Assembly (NCBI RefSeq): GCF_044704955.1
Contig: NC_091987.1
Location: forward strand, 54,374,001-54,438,000
DNA length: 64,000 nucleotides
From: Pristiophorus japonicus
Lineage: Eukaryota
Reading direction: 5' to 3'
The notes under the pieces are model-generated. The model saw only the letters and a list, made by a program, of their open reading frames with translations. It searched no databases and was not told where the DNA came from. Numbering within the stretch: the first letter of the stretch is position 1; every line of letters begins with the position of its first letter. This document shows positions 22,606-35,695 of the stretch, piece after piece. A program made the translations under genes and the position numbers.

Positions 22606-24126
22606 GGGCTAGATTTTCCGATTTTGTGCAGATTGCCCAAAAATGAGCATTATTTCCGGTGTGGACAGTAAAAATGGGTTTTCAGATCGCTGGCTTCTTG
22701 CCCATTCTCAAAGCACCTAGTATCCAGTTTTTAAAATGGCCGTTACCGCGAGCGATATGAAATGGGTGGTAGCATTAAATCTCGCTGACCTTCTGCCGTA
22801 AAGTGTCGCCGTCCTTCGCAACGGCATGACAACACTCGATTCCCGCGATCCAGGAGGTCAAGGGTCATCATGACATGCGCAAAAGAGGAGACAGAGAAAG
22901 AGGAAGCTCAGAGGAACTGAAGGCGTGTCTGGGTGTGGTGTGTCTGCTTTCGGAGGAAAGACGGAGACTTTAGAGCTTCACTGCAAATAGGAAAACAAAA
23001 ATTAGATGTTACCGCCACATATTTGCCCGAATTTGGCCTAAAATGGAGGTAGAGGAGGAGGCATCACAGCACGCTATGGAGACCGATGCTGGAGAGAGCA
23101 GTGAGGTAAGGAGCACATTGGAGGGCGCAAAAGAGCGAGGAGGTTCTCGGACGAGGCAAATGCGTCCCTCCTGCAGGAGGTCGAGTTACGCTGGGGTGAT
23201 TTGTCATAGGTGGGGCGTGGGAAGCCCACCCCAAAGGCCTACCAGAAGATATGGACCGAGATAGCAGAGGTGGTCTCGTCGGCAACCAACGAGGTGCGTG
23301 AGTGCAACCAATGCCGCAAACCTTCTCCCATTGGAAGGGAAGATGACTTCCCTGTGTGCTATGACTCCTTCCATAAGCACCTGGAGGGAGTGATGGAAGA
23401 GCCTGAGTGCAACCGTGCACCTTTGTGCTGTGTTTGTCAGTGTTTGCAGCACCTCAATGCTGCAGAACACTGACAGCACAACTGTCAAAATGAATGTGGG
23501 CATGGTCCCTTTAAGTAAACTGGCTGATGATGCATCATCATATGTTCATTGGCTGGTAACCTCGTAGGCGGGCTTAATAAACCCCATCTCGGGAAGATTG
23601 TTTCGAGAGGGCGGGCTGCAGTGAGGAGCAGGTTCCCCACATGCCACTGATGCCGGCCGCACTGGACTTGCCATGGATGGCGAAATGGTGCCCACATGTC
23701 CCATTTTGCACTGCATTTTTCTCTTTTTCTGCTGGGTTTTGAGTGGAACTGATGGTTGTGTTTGGTTTCCCAGCTAAAGGAAATAGGCATTTTGACACAT
23801 AAAGGAAAACCTATTCTTAACAATGAATTGGTGTGTCTTTTTTATATACCATTTTGTGCATTCGACTTTGGATACCTTGCAAATCTGTTGAATTAGCTTG
23901 TGTGTTTTTTGCAATTTAGTTCAGACATATTTCCATAATTAAAGGCCAAACAATGCCATTGTATATATGGATTTTGTTATGAATTTAAATAACGCTCGGC
24001 GATTAGCTTCCAAAAAATGTCCGTCAGTTGCCATTTTGTGCGCAAATGGGCAATATATGGATGTTATATGTCATTTCAGCGGTAAAATGGGTGTTAAGCA
24101 TACAAAAAAAGTGGTGGTTCCAGCCC
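22606..24126 (+). mobile_element. Internally deleted Harbinger element with a Myb/SANT exon and no transposase
   Basis: Ends GGGCTAGATTTTCC / GGTGGTTCCAGCCC; TSD ATA on both sides inside the CR1; subterminal sequence shared with 12722-13050 and 15570-15663. Confidence 0.88.
23043..23320 (+). pseudogene. Harbinger Myb/SANT (trihelix) DNA-binding protein, first exon fragment
   Basis: MEVEEE..., then after a frameshift RKRARRFSDEANASLLQEV...YQKIWTEIAEVVSS...RECNQCRK. Confidence 0.8.
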
Positions 24127-24195
24127 ATAGATAGGCAATGTGAGAGGGCAGGAAAATTGCAGATGGAGTATAATGTGAGAAAATGTGAAGTTACT

Positions 24196-27100
24196 TGTTG
24201 TGTATCTGTAAAGCATGCACTCCCATGTTCCGCCATCAGGGAGCACATCCCCTGAAGTCCCAAGGGATCCCAGCATCCCTTGGGAGCACTGTGTATAAGC
24301 CAGCCCCTAAGGCCTGTTCCTCACTCTGGAGTGTCTTAACAAAGACTGAGGTCACTGTAACTTTAATCTCCCTCTGTGCAGTCTCATCTGTTTTAGGAAC
24401 ACAATAACTGCCGACGAGTATACGAATCCAACGCAAAGATGCAGCAAAATGAGGGTATCCTGGAGAAGTTCTCGGAAGGTGAGGACAGGGAAGCCTATGT
24501 CGAATGGTTAGACCAGTACTTTGCAGCCAACGAGCTGGACAGAGTAAGAAGTGCTGCAAAAAGGAGAGCGGTCCTCCTCACGGTCTGCGGGGCACCAACC
24601 TACAGCCTCATGAAGAATCTTCTGGCTCTGGTGAAACCCACGGATAAGTCGTATGAGGAGCTGTGTACACTGGTTCGGGAGCATCTTAACCTGAGGGAGA
24701 GCGTGCTGATGGCGAGGTATAGGTTCTACACGTGCCAGCGACCTGAAGATCAGGAAGTGGCAAGCTACGTCGCTGAGTTAAGGCGACTTACATGACAATG
24801 TGAGTTTGATGGCTACCTGGAGCAGATGCTCAGAGACTTTTTTGTATTGGGCATTGGCCACGAGACCATCCTACGAAAACTTTGACTGTAGAGACACCGA
24901 CCCTCAGTAAGGCCATTGCGATAGCACAGGCGTTTATGTCCACCACTGATAACACCAAACAAATCTCTCAGCATACAAGTGCTAGCAATGTTCATAAATT
25001 AACTAGAACTGTGTTTGCAAGCAGAAATGTACAGGGCAGAAAACACGAGTCTGCAACTTCCAGCAGGCCTCAGGTGACCCAGATGACTCAGAGTCCGCAT
25101 CAAAGGATGAATGCAAGGCAATTCACACCTTGTTAGCATTGTGGAGGCTTCCATTCAGCCTATTCATGCCACTTCAAAGGTTATGTTTGCAAGAGCTGTG
25201 GAACAATGGGGCACCTCCAACGAGCTTGCAGACAAGCTGCAAGCTCTGCCAAACCTGTTAACCACCACGTGGCAGATGAAGATTGGTCCATGGTGGATCA
25301 AAGCAATTTCAAGCCTCAGAGAGAGGAGACAGATGCTGAAGTACAAGGGGTGCACACATTTTTGACAAAATGTCCACCTATAATGCTCAATATAAAATTG
25401 AATGGCTTACACGTAGCCATGGAACTGGACACTGGCACTAGCTAATCCATCATGAGTAAAAAGATGTTTGAGAGACTGTGGTGCAATAAGGCACTCAGAC
25501 CAGCCCTGAGCCCCATCCACATGAAACTGAGAACGTACACCAAAGAACTCATCACTGTCCTGGGCAGTGCCATGGCCAAGGTCACCTACGAGGGCACGGT
25601 ACATGTACTGCCACTTTGGATTGTCCCGGGTGATGGCCCCACACTGCTTGGAAGGAGCTGGCTGGGCAAAATCCGCTGGAACTAGGATGACATCCGAGCG
25701 AGGTCGATGAGGCCTCATGTGCCCAGGTTCTTAACAAATTTCCTTCTCTTTTTGAGCCAGGCATTGGAAACTTTTCCGGGGCGAAGGTGCGGATCCACTT
25801 GGTCCCAGAGGCACGACCCATTCACCACAAGGCACGAGTGGTACCTCACATGATGAGGGAGAGAGTGGAAATCGAGCTGGACAACGTGCAATGCGAGGGC
25901 ATCATCTTCCCAGTGGAATTCAGCGAGTGGACCAGCCTAATTGTTCCAGTACTCAAAAGTGATGGCACGGTCAGGATTTGCGGCGAATATAAAGTAACTA
26001 TTAATCGTTTCTTGCCACATGACCAATACCCACTACCTAAGGCAGAGGATCTATTTGCAACGCTGGCAGGAGGCAAGACGTTCACCAAGCTCGACCTGAC
26101 TTCGGCCAACATGATGCAGGAGCTGGAGGGGTCTTCGAAGGGCCTCACCTGCATCAACACGCACAAGGGACTGTTCATCTACAACAGATGCCCGTTTGGA
26201 ATTCGGTCGGCTGCAGTGATCTTCCAGAGAAACATGGAGAGCCTACTCAAGTCGGTACCACACACAGTGGTTTTTCAGGACGATATATTGGTCACGGGTC
26301 GGGACACTGTCGAGCACCTACAAAACCTGGAGGAGGTCCTCCAGCGACTGGATCGCGTAGGGCTGCGGCTGAAGAGGTCAAAATGCATCTTCATGGCAAC
26401 AGAAGTGGAGTTTTTGGGGAGAAAGAGCGCAGCGGATGGCATTCGGCCCACAGATGCCAAGACAGAGGCTATCAGGAACGCGCCCAGGCCACAGAATGTC
26501 ACGGAGCTGTGGTCGTTCCTGGGACTCCTCAACTATTTTGGTAACTTCTTACTGGGGTTAAGCACTCTCTTACAGCCCCTACATGTGCTATTTTGTAAAG
26601 GTGAGAACTGGGTATGGGGAAAAAAACCAAGTGATTGCTTTTGAGAAAGCCAGAAACATTTTATGCTCCAACAAGCTGCTTTTATTGTATAACCCATGTA
26701 AAAGAGTTGTGCTGGCATGTGATGTGTCGTTGTACGGAGTCGGCTGTGTATTACAACAAGCTAATGTTGCGGAGAAGTTGCAACCTGTCACCTATGCTTA
26801 CAGGAGCTTGTCTCAGGCCGAGAGGGCCTACAGCATGATTGAGAAAGAGGCATTAGCATGTGTGTTCGGGGTAAAGAAAATGCATCAGTACCTGTTTGGC
26901 CTCAAATTTGAGCTGAAAACCGATCACAAGCCCCTCAAACAAGGGGATAAATACTAAGGTGGGCACTCGCGCTATCAGCATATAACTCTACCATCCGCCA
27001 CAGGCCAGGCACCGAGAACTGTACGGATGCTCTCAGTCGGCTACCATTGCCCACCACAGGGGTGGAAATGGCACAGCCTGCAAACTTGTTGGTGGTGGCG

Positions 27101-28761
27101 CAGCCCGCAGATTTGTTGATGGTCATGGAAGCGTTTGAAAATGATAAATCACCTGTCACGGCCCGCCAGATTAGGACTTGGACCAGCCAAGATCCTCTGC
27201 TGTCCATAGTAAAAAACTGTGTACTGCATGGGAGCTGGGCCAGCATCCCCGTTGAAATGCAAGAACTAATCAAGCCATTCCAGCGGCAAAAGGACGAGCT
27301 ATCCATTCAGACAGACTGCCTGTTGTGGGGTAACCGCGTAGTGCTACCAAAAAAGGACAGGGAGATGTTCATCTCGGATCTCCACAGCACACACCCGGGT
27401 ATAGTAATGATGAAACCGATAGCCAGATCCCATGCTTGGTGGCCCTGTATCGACTCTGACTTAGAGTCCTATGTACGGCAATGCAGCGTGTGTGCTCAGT
27501 TGAGCAACGCGCCCAGAGAGGCACCACTAAGTTTGTGGTCCTGTCCCTCCAGACCATGATCGAGGATCCATGTCGACTATGCGTGCCCGTTTCTCGTTAG
27601 AATGTTCCTGGTGTTGTTGGATGCTTTTTCAAAATGGATTGAACGTGAAATAATGTCAGGAAGCACCGCCACTGCAACCACTGAAAGCCTGAGGGCCATG
27701 TTTGCCACCCACAGCCTGCCTGACATATTGGTCAGTGACAACGGGCCATGTTTCACCAGTGCCGAATTTAAAGAATTCATGTCGCGCAATGGGATCAAAC
27801 ATGTCACCTCGGCCCCGTTTAAACCAGCCTCCGATGGGCAGGCAGAGCGGGCAGTACAAACAATCAAACAAAGCCTTAAACGAGTCACAGAAGGCTCACT
27901 CCAAACCCGCCTGTCCCGAGTACTGCTCAGCTGCCGCAGAGACCGCACTCGCTCACAGGGGTGCCCCCGGCTGAGCTACTCATGAAAAGGACACTTAAAA
28001 CCAGGCTCTCGCTGGTTCACCCCAACCTGCATGATCAGGTTGAGAGCAGGCGGCAGCAAGAAAATGTAAACGATGGTCGCGCCACTGTGTCACGGGAAAT
28101 TGATCTGAATGATCCTGTGTATGTGCTAAACTATGGACATGGTCCCAAGTGAATCGCGGGCACAGTGATAGCTAAAGAAGGGAGTAGGGTGTTTGTAGTC
28201 AATCTCGACAATCGACAAATTTGCAGAAAGCACCTGGACCAAACGAGGTTGCGGTTCACAGACTGCCCTGAACAACCCACAGCAGACACCACCTTTTTCG
28301 AGCCACAACACACACCCAAAAGATCAATGACACCACACCGGACCAGGAAATCGAACCCATCACACCCAACAGCCCAGCAAGGCCAGGCTCACCCAGCAGC
28401 CCTGCAAGGCCAACAACACGCCAGCCCAGCGAGGGCACAGCCAACACACCAGAACAGATATTTATACCGAGGCGGTCCACCAGGGAAAGAAAGTCTCCCG
28501 ACCGTCTCACCTTGTAAATAGTTTTCACTTTGACTTTGCCGGGGGAGTGATGTTGTGTTTTTTTAAAGCATGCATTCCCATGTTCTGCCACCAGGGAGCG
28601 CATCCCCTGAAGTCCCAAGGGATCCTAACATCCCTTGGGAGTACTGTATCTAAGCCGGCCCCTAAGGCCTGTTCCTCACTCTGGAGTGTCTTAATAAAGA
28701 CTGAGGTCACTGTTACTTTAATCTCCCTGTGTGCAGTCTCATCTTTGTTCGGAACACAATA
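24196..28761 (+). mobile_element. Full-length but decayed Ty3/Gypsy LTR retrotransposon (Mag-like)
   Basis: 211-bp LTRs at 24196-24406 and 28551-28761 (~20 mismatches by eye); PBS-like ACTGCCGACGAG; PPT GGGGGAGTGA; imperfect TSD TTACT/TTATC. Confidence 0.95.
24439..28520 (+). pseudogene. Gypsy gag-pol (Gag, PR, RT, RNase H, IN), many stops and frameshifts
   Basis: ELDTG protease; RICGEYK, CPFGI, VFQDD (RT); ACDVS, YSMIEKEALA, TDHKPL (RNase H); HSTHPG, VSDNGPCF, GQAER (integrase); domain order PR-RT-RH-IN. Confidence 0.93.
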
Positions 28762-29699
28762 TTATCCACTTTGGTTGGAAAAATAAAAAAGCTAATTATT
28801 ATTTAAATGGGGAGAGATTTCAAAATGCTGGATGTCTGGGGGTCCTTGTACATGAAACACAAAAAGTTAGCATGCAGGTACAGCAAGTAATCAGGAACGA
28901 ACATGGAATGTTGGCCTTTATTGCAAGAGGGGTAGAGTAGAAAAGAAGGGAAGTCCTGTTGCAACTGTCCAGGGCCCTGGTAAGAACACACCTGGAGCAC
29001 TGAGTACAATTTTGGTCTCCTTTTTTCAGGAAGGATAAACTTGTACTGGAGGCAGTTCAGAGAATGTTCATGAGGTAAATTCCTGAGATGAAGGGGTTGT
29101 CATATAAAGAAAGGATGAGCAAGTTGAGTCGATACTCATTGGAGTTTAGAAGACTTAGAGGTGATCTTATTGAAATATATAAGATTCTGAGGGGGCTTGA
29201 CAGGGTAAATGCAGATTCCTTGGTTGGGGAATCTAGAACTAAGGGGCATAGTTTCAGAATAAAATGGAAATGAGAAGGAATTTCTTCTCTCAGAGGGTCG
29301 TGAATCTTTGGAATTCTCTACTTCAGAGTGTTGTGGAGGCTGAGTCATTGAGTGTATTTAAAGTGGAGATAGACAGATTTTTGAAAGTTAAGTGAGTGAA
29401 GGGTTATGGGGAGCGGGCGAAGAAGTGGAGTTGAGGACAGGATCAGATCAGCCACGATCTTATTGAATGGCAGACCAGGCTCGAGGGTCAACTCCTGCTC
29501 CTATCTCTTATGTTCTTATGTTCTTATGTCGAGACCCTGTTGCCAACCCGCCACCACGCGCCTTTCCCAAATGTTGGGTCTGTCAACACTGAGCAGTGCT
29601 AACACACAGCACTGGGGGAGGTAATTCAGGTCATAATGACATTGTTAACATAGGATTAACAACTATTTTCAGCTCACCTTCAGAGTTTACCAGGTCTCC

Positions 29700-31400
29700 C
29701 ACGTAGTCCATGCTGCTCAGGGCGAGAGTTGAATGGCAATGGAATCATTTCATTACTTGACAGCTGCAATTGTGCGATCAAAGTTCCCATCTCACAGCTG
29801 TTCACTTTCCAAGCCCAGAAGCGGTTGCTTACAGCATTTGGAAGACAGATTGAGCTTTATGCATGTTGCATGTGTTTGGAATAAGCTCTCTATCCAGTGT
29901 TACCTCATTGGAACAACCTCTCTCACCCTTGACAGATCGCTTCTGTCATCTCAACTTCACCTGCCACCTATAATGTCAGCATCAGCGCCCTTGAAACAAT
30001 CTCACCTTGGTCCTCGGAATCCCACCACGATTGGCCCCAACACCAGCAGCACCAGGCACACCAGCAGCACCAACAACAACACAAACCTTCTCCACAATCA
30101 ACTGATGATGCACAGAACAGAGGGCATCAGCACCTGTCCATATTTCTGCCCGGGATGCCAGGGATGGCCTCACCATGGCCGGATTTACTTTCCTTGAAAC
30201 TGTTCACCCTGGCTGCCACATGATGCGCCAGATTGGCACCACCCCACACCAGCACCATAAAGCATTCCTACAATGTCCAAGCCATTCCTTTCATATTCAT
30301 CACCATTGTGGGGGGTAACGTTATGTCTTACCATTCATTGCGACTCACTAATCCACTTCCAAAGGTGCACACAGATCTGTCCAACAAAGCAAAATGTTCA
30401 GAATAAAGGTTTCAAATTTTGACATCACATTAACAGAAATTTTACATAAACATTGACCAAAACACCCTTATGTGTCATTAGTTGGTATGATTGGTCTAGG
30501 ATGAGGGTAAGTGTGAGAGGTAGCTAGTGAGATGGGGAAGTGATAATGTAGAGAGAGAGGGAAGGGTGAAGGTGCAAGGTAAGTTGTTGTGAGTAAGGAT
30601 ATGCAGGAGTAGGGTTGGGAAGGCAGAGTAATGGAGTTGGAGTTCAGAAGGATGAGGGGTGATCTTATAGAAACATTTAAAATAATGAAAGGGATAGACA
30701 GGATAGAGGCAGCGAGGTTGTTTCCACTGGTCGGGGAGACTAGAACTAGGGGGCACAGCCTCAAAATACGGGGAAGCCAATTTAAAACCGAGTTGAGAAG
30801 GAATTTCTTCTCCCAGAGAGTTGTGAATCTGTAGAATTCTCTGCCCAAGGAAGCAGTTGAGGCTAGCTCATTGAATGTATTCAAATCACAGATAGATAGA
30901 TTTTTAACCAATAAGGGAATTAAGGGTTACGGGGAGCGGGCGGGTAAGTGGAGCTGAATCCACGGCCAGATCAGCCATGATCTTGTTGAATGGCGGAGCA
31001 GGCTCAAGGGGCTAGATGGCCTACTCCTGTTCCTAATTCTTATGTTTTTATGGATGTGATGAGAGGCACAGCAGGATGAGGCTGACTGTGGCTTTGCAGT
31101 AACATGTTGTGATCCAATGAGATCATTGAAAGGTTTGTGCCGCTGCAGCCTGGTCCTCTTGACGACATCCCTGCTTGTGTCCTCCTGTGCAATGTGCAAC
31201 CAGACTGCATTGGTCTCCTCGGGAGGTCTCTTCCACCCATTGGAAGGGAAGTAAACGTCCCTGCGTGCTGTGACTCCCTCCAGAAGCATGCCTGGGTGCA
31301 GCCCTGTGCTTTGTGCAGTGCTTGTCAGTGTTTGCAGCACCTCAATGCTATAGAACACTGACAGCACAAATGTCAAAATCAATTTGTGTATGGTCCCATT
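29700..31400 (-). mobile_element. Degraded Harbinger-type fragments including a Myb/SANT exon, interrupted by a CR1
   Basis: Minus-strand translation AVWLHIAQE..SRDVVKRT..Q.HKPFNDL at ~31120-31300; similar to 23325-23520. Confidence 0.55.
30634..31050 (+). mobile_element. CR1-B 3' fragment
   Basis: LEFRRMRGDLIETFK...RTRGH; near-identical to 59670-60080. Confidence 0.9.
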
Positions 31401-33840
31401 AAGGATAACAATAATAACTTTTATTTATATAGCGTCTTAAACGTAGTAAAACGTCCCAAGGTGCTTCACAACAATTTTGCAACACGTTCGATATTGAACA
31501 TTGAGGGAAAGAGAGAAAAAGCAAGAGAAGAACGAGTAAAAAGAGGTTAAAGGCTCGGGTCCGAAGTGGCAGACAAAATGTGCACGCAGATAGACACCAG
31601 TGAAAAAAACTAAGAAAAAGAAATTCAAATTACATAGTAAATAATACAATAAGAAGTATACAATAATAAATCAGTATAATAAAGATAATTATAATTAAAC
31701 ACAATTATACCATAATTATAAATTACTTTAAAATTTGATTATCAGCAATTGAATCAAATTAAGGATGACGCATCATCAAATGACATCCTCAGACCCACTT
31801 TCTTCAATTGTTAACAAGCCCAATCAGGAGAAAATCATTTCGAACAGTGGGCTGGAGCCAGCAAGAGGCCACGGACCGCCACCGACGTCGCCCACCGTGG
31901 ACCCGCCAAGGTGGGTAACATCCAGCCCTAACTAACTGAGCCATATAGATTGGGAAGGCCTCAGAGATCAAACCAGGAACCTTCCTGTTCGGTATGGCTC
32001 CGCCACACACTCGGTTGCTACATTTATCTATGGAGCTATTGGAGCAGAACACATTTTTACTTCACTTTATTTTCTAAAGTAAAACATAGATGTTCAGATA
32101 TTACCTCTTGCTGTGCACCAAACATCTCATTTTCTAGCACGGCTGATTCAAGCACGGTTACAGGAGATTGGATTTTACTGCTGAAAGTCAGTGAATGCAC
32201 TTTGCAATGCATTTACACTAGGCTTTGCTGCAGTGCTGTTAAAAATGATGCCCCTTATCTGTGGGCACTTGCAACATAAAACCAACGAATATATAAGTCC
32301 TGTAGTATTAACATTTAAAATGCAGAGAGTAATTTATAAACCTGATTCAACATAGAGTTCCAATTTTCAAAAGTACTTCCCATGATATAGAATTTCTGAT
32401 TTAGGTATGGCTTTTACTGAATGTGGTTCATAGCATCTAATACCACCATTTCATGAATTAAAACCTTTCAGTTACAAGAAAATTAACATTTTTGAAATAT
32501 GTAAAGTACTTTGGTTTGCTTTAACATGCTTTAATCAGAAATCCGATACAGCAGGAGATGCTTCGGTAAGTTGGAATTCCATGGCTGAAACTGGACTTGA
32601 CTGTATGTTTCTTGTTTTCCTAAGTTCTGTGCTCTGTGAAAAATCACCCGGATAGAGTTCAGGCCAGGGAACAATCTTACAATCTTATGCTGATATTTGC
32701 ATAAATATGCAGACATTGTCTACAATTTATAATGGTGCTTTAATTTTAATCTTTTTTTAAAAATGAGGCAGTTTTCTTTTCTTTCTTTCTGTTTTAACTC
32801 CTTAATAAACCATTTTCCACAACAGATCCTTGTTCAACAAGGATATTATTATTCTAGTGGGGCTAGAGGCGAGGAACCGTGATGATTCGAAGTATCAGGA
32901 ATCAACATTATGGGGGAAGGTAAAGGAAGCGAGGCCGGCTCATTTGGAAAAGCACAGGTAATTTTGGGGGTAATTTTTGCCTTTACCACCTCTGACGATG
33001 TCAATGGCCTGCCCATTGCAGAATCTGCCTGATAGTCATACTATTGAAATCAATGGGTCCTAAATGTATTGGTGTTGGAAACCGGGGGTGATCTGTGCAA
33101 CACACAGCCAAGGCTTTGCTAGAATGGTAAGATCCAACTACCACTTTCTAAATTGGTCCTCGGGCCTCATCAGGCACCGATCGGGCACCTCAATACAGCT
33201 CGCCAGTCGGGACCTGGCCAACTCTGGCTGTCTTGTACACTGACCGAGGCGCACATGTGGAGGGAGGTGATTGGGAAGGGGGTGATCGTGGGTCGGCAGC
33301 GATCATAACTGGGATGGGTTAATTAAAAGTACAGCACAAGACACAACTCCGATGTTGAAAGAGAGAAAAAAGAAATGCATGACATACCAATTTTTCAGAA
33401 ATTGATTTCAGTCACAGTGAAAAATGAGAATACAGAGGCCTACTGGACATGTTATATGTTGAGCAGACCGCAGGTGCAAGATGGTAATATTACTTAATTA
33501 AATGGAATGATTGCTCCATTTGCAATAGCATTTCATTACATTTAACTACCATAGAAATAAGACCCAAAGTTGTGACAATATTGACACTAATCACCTTCAT
33601 TACACTTGGACCTGACAGAGACATTTGAATATAAATGCCGTAACTAATTATCTTATTGTTAACTCTTTGAAATGTCAGCTTTTGAAATAAACCCAAATAG
33701 GTCCTCAACATTAGCATTAATGAGTTGAAAATGCTATTAGCAGATTAGAAATGTATTTTCTATTCTGTAATAGAGACAAGAGAAAGGTCGGAGGCAGAAT
33801 TTGTGCGAAGATTTTGAAAAGTAAAGTTCCAGGTCTTTAA

Positions 33841-35075
33841 GGGGCTGAAATTGTCCCTGTCGATAAGGCCTCTGGCCACCTGAAAGTGACGACGATGGGT
33901 GGGGTGAATGGCCGCTGAGTCGCAGCAGACTGGCCAACGTTTGCGGAATTGCCCTCATGGGTTTTTGCTGTGGTATGGATATCCACCCCCCCCACCCCCC
34001 CACCTCCACCCCGCTCCTGCAGATAGAAACATAGAAACATAGAAAATAGGTGCAGGAGCAGGCCATTCAGCCCTTCTAGCCTGCACCGCCATTCAATGAG
34101 TTCATGGCTGAACATGAAACTTCAGTACCCCATTCCTGCTTTCTCACCATACCCCTTGACCCCCCGAGTAGTAAGGACTTCCTCTAACTCCCTTTTGAAT
34201 ATATTTAGTGAATTGGCCTCAACTACTTTCTGTGGTAGAGAATTCCACAGGTTCACCACTCTCTGGGTGAAGAAGTTTCTCCTCATCTCGGTCCTAAATG
34301 GCTTACCCCTTATCCTTAGACTGTGACCCCTGGTTCTGGACTTCCCCAACATTGGGAACATTCTTCCTGCATCTAACCTGTCTAAACCCGTCAGAATTTT
34401 AAACGTTTCTATGAGGTCCCCTCTCATTCTTCTGAACTCCAGTGAATACAAGCCCAGTTGATCCAGTCTTTCTTGATAGGTCAGTCCCACCATCCCGGGA
34501 ATCAGTCTGGTGAATCTTCGCTGCACTCCCTCAATAGCAAGAATGTCCTTCCTCAAGTTAGGAGACCAAAACTGTACACAATACTCCAAGTGTGGCCTCA
34601 CCAAGGCCCTGTACAACTGTAGCAACACCTCCCTGCCCCTGTACTCAAATCCCCTCGCTATGAAGGCCAACATGCCATTTGCTTTCTTAACCGCCTGCTG
34701 TACCTGCATGCCAACCTTCAATGACTGATGTACCATGACACCCAGGTCTCGTTGCACCTTCCCTTTTCCTAATCTGTCACCATTCAGATAATAGTCTGTC
34801 TCTCTGTTTTTACCACCAAAGTGGCTAACCTCACATTTATCCACATTATACTTCATTTGCCATTCATTTGCCGTTACCGAAGTCATCAGAGTGCACACTG
34901 TCAAGGACCCGCGCCGGAAGGTACATTCACCTCAAAAAGTCTTACGGCCACCTGTCGATGCAAAGGACAGCTTTTTGGGTCGGTACACAGTGCTAGTTCA
35001 AGACCGCCAGCGACCTTTAAAGGTGTGTTGCGTGTAGCAGCATTCTTGTGACCGAGACTTTTTCAGACTTTTCCA
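33841..35075. mobile_element. Harbinger-type MITE/terminal fragment interrupted by a CR1
   Basis: TAA followed by GGGGCTGAAATTG at 33841 (same TIR class as 63835); the GC-rich sequence after the CR1 is assigned to it tentatively; right end not found. Confidence 0.45.
34023..34866 (-). mobile_element. Young CR1-C, 5'-truncated
   Basis: Open ORF 34122-34904, nearly identical to 6062-6800; (CATAGAAA)n tail. Confidence 0.95.
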
Positions 35076-35109
35076 AACTTTGCCACTTACTTTGTTCAGA
35101 GTGGAATTG

Positions 35110-35692
35110 AGGGGTGGGGTGCGGGTGGCGAGGGGGGAACATTCTCTGATGCAGAAGCAGGATCTTGGTCCTTGCTCTCATCTGTCGTTTCCAGTGGTGG
35201 TGCGGAACCTAGAGGTGGAGTGCCGCGCTCGACGACCACTGGGAGGCCTGTGGCAGCAGTGTTCCTGTCTACCAGCTCCAGAGCCTCCTCCATCCCTTCC
35301 ATGTTATATCTTATTTGTTGAACAAAAATTGGTGCCAACTATGTTCTTGATGCTTAGTAGGCTTTTTGCTACGAGTGAATCTCTGTCATGCCTCTCACAA
35401 CAGCCAGACAAGCACACACCACAGCCACACACGCTTTCAGTCCCTCTGAGCTCCCTCTCTCTCTAACTCCTCTTCTGCGCATGTCATAATAACCCTTAAC
35501 CTCCAGAATCGTGGGAATCGAGCATTGCCATGCCGTTGCTAAGGACAGTCACACTTTACGGCAGAAGGTCAGAAAAATTTTACTCTACGCCCATTTTCAA
35601 AAATGTAAACTAGGTGTTTTGAGAATGGGTGAGAAGCTGGCGATCTGAAAACCCTTTTTTAATGCCCACGCCGGAAATACTGCCCATTACTG
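35110..35692 (+). mobile_element. Harbinger subterminal fragment
   Basis: Colinear with 8500-9090 and 60800-61400. Confidence 0.8.
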
Positions 35693-35695
35693 CCC

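Larger units (their letters stand above)
20486..29528 (+). mobile_element. CR1 LINE (decayed ORF2: APE plus RT) in three pieces: 20486-22605, 24130-24195, 28762-29528
   Basis: IAITETW, GGGV, RPP, SDH, LDLQKAFDKV, GVPQGS, FADDTK; CR1 sequence is colinear across both insertions; (TTCTTATG)n tail at ~29508-29528. Confidence 0.92.

Noticed and set aside
27071-27124. 27-bp internal duplication (AQPANLLVV/AQPADLLMV) in Gypsy pol
   Set aside because: Small diverged duplication in the RNase H-integrase linker; no evidence of significance.
32910-32957. Kinase Gly-rich loop (GSFGKA, NEK-like)
   Set aside because: GxGxxG spacing is absent and upstream residues do not fit; likely coincidence.
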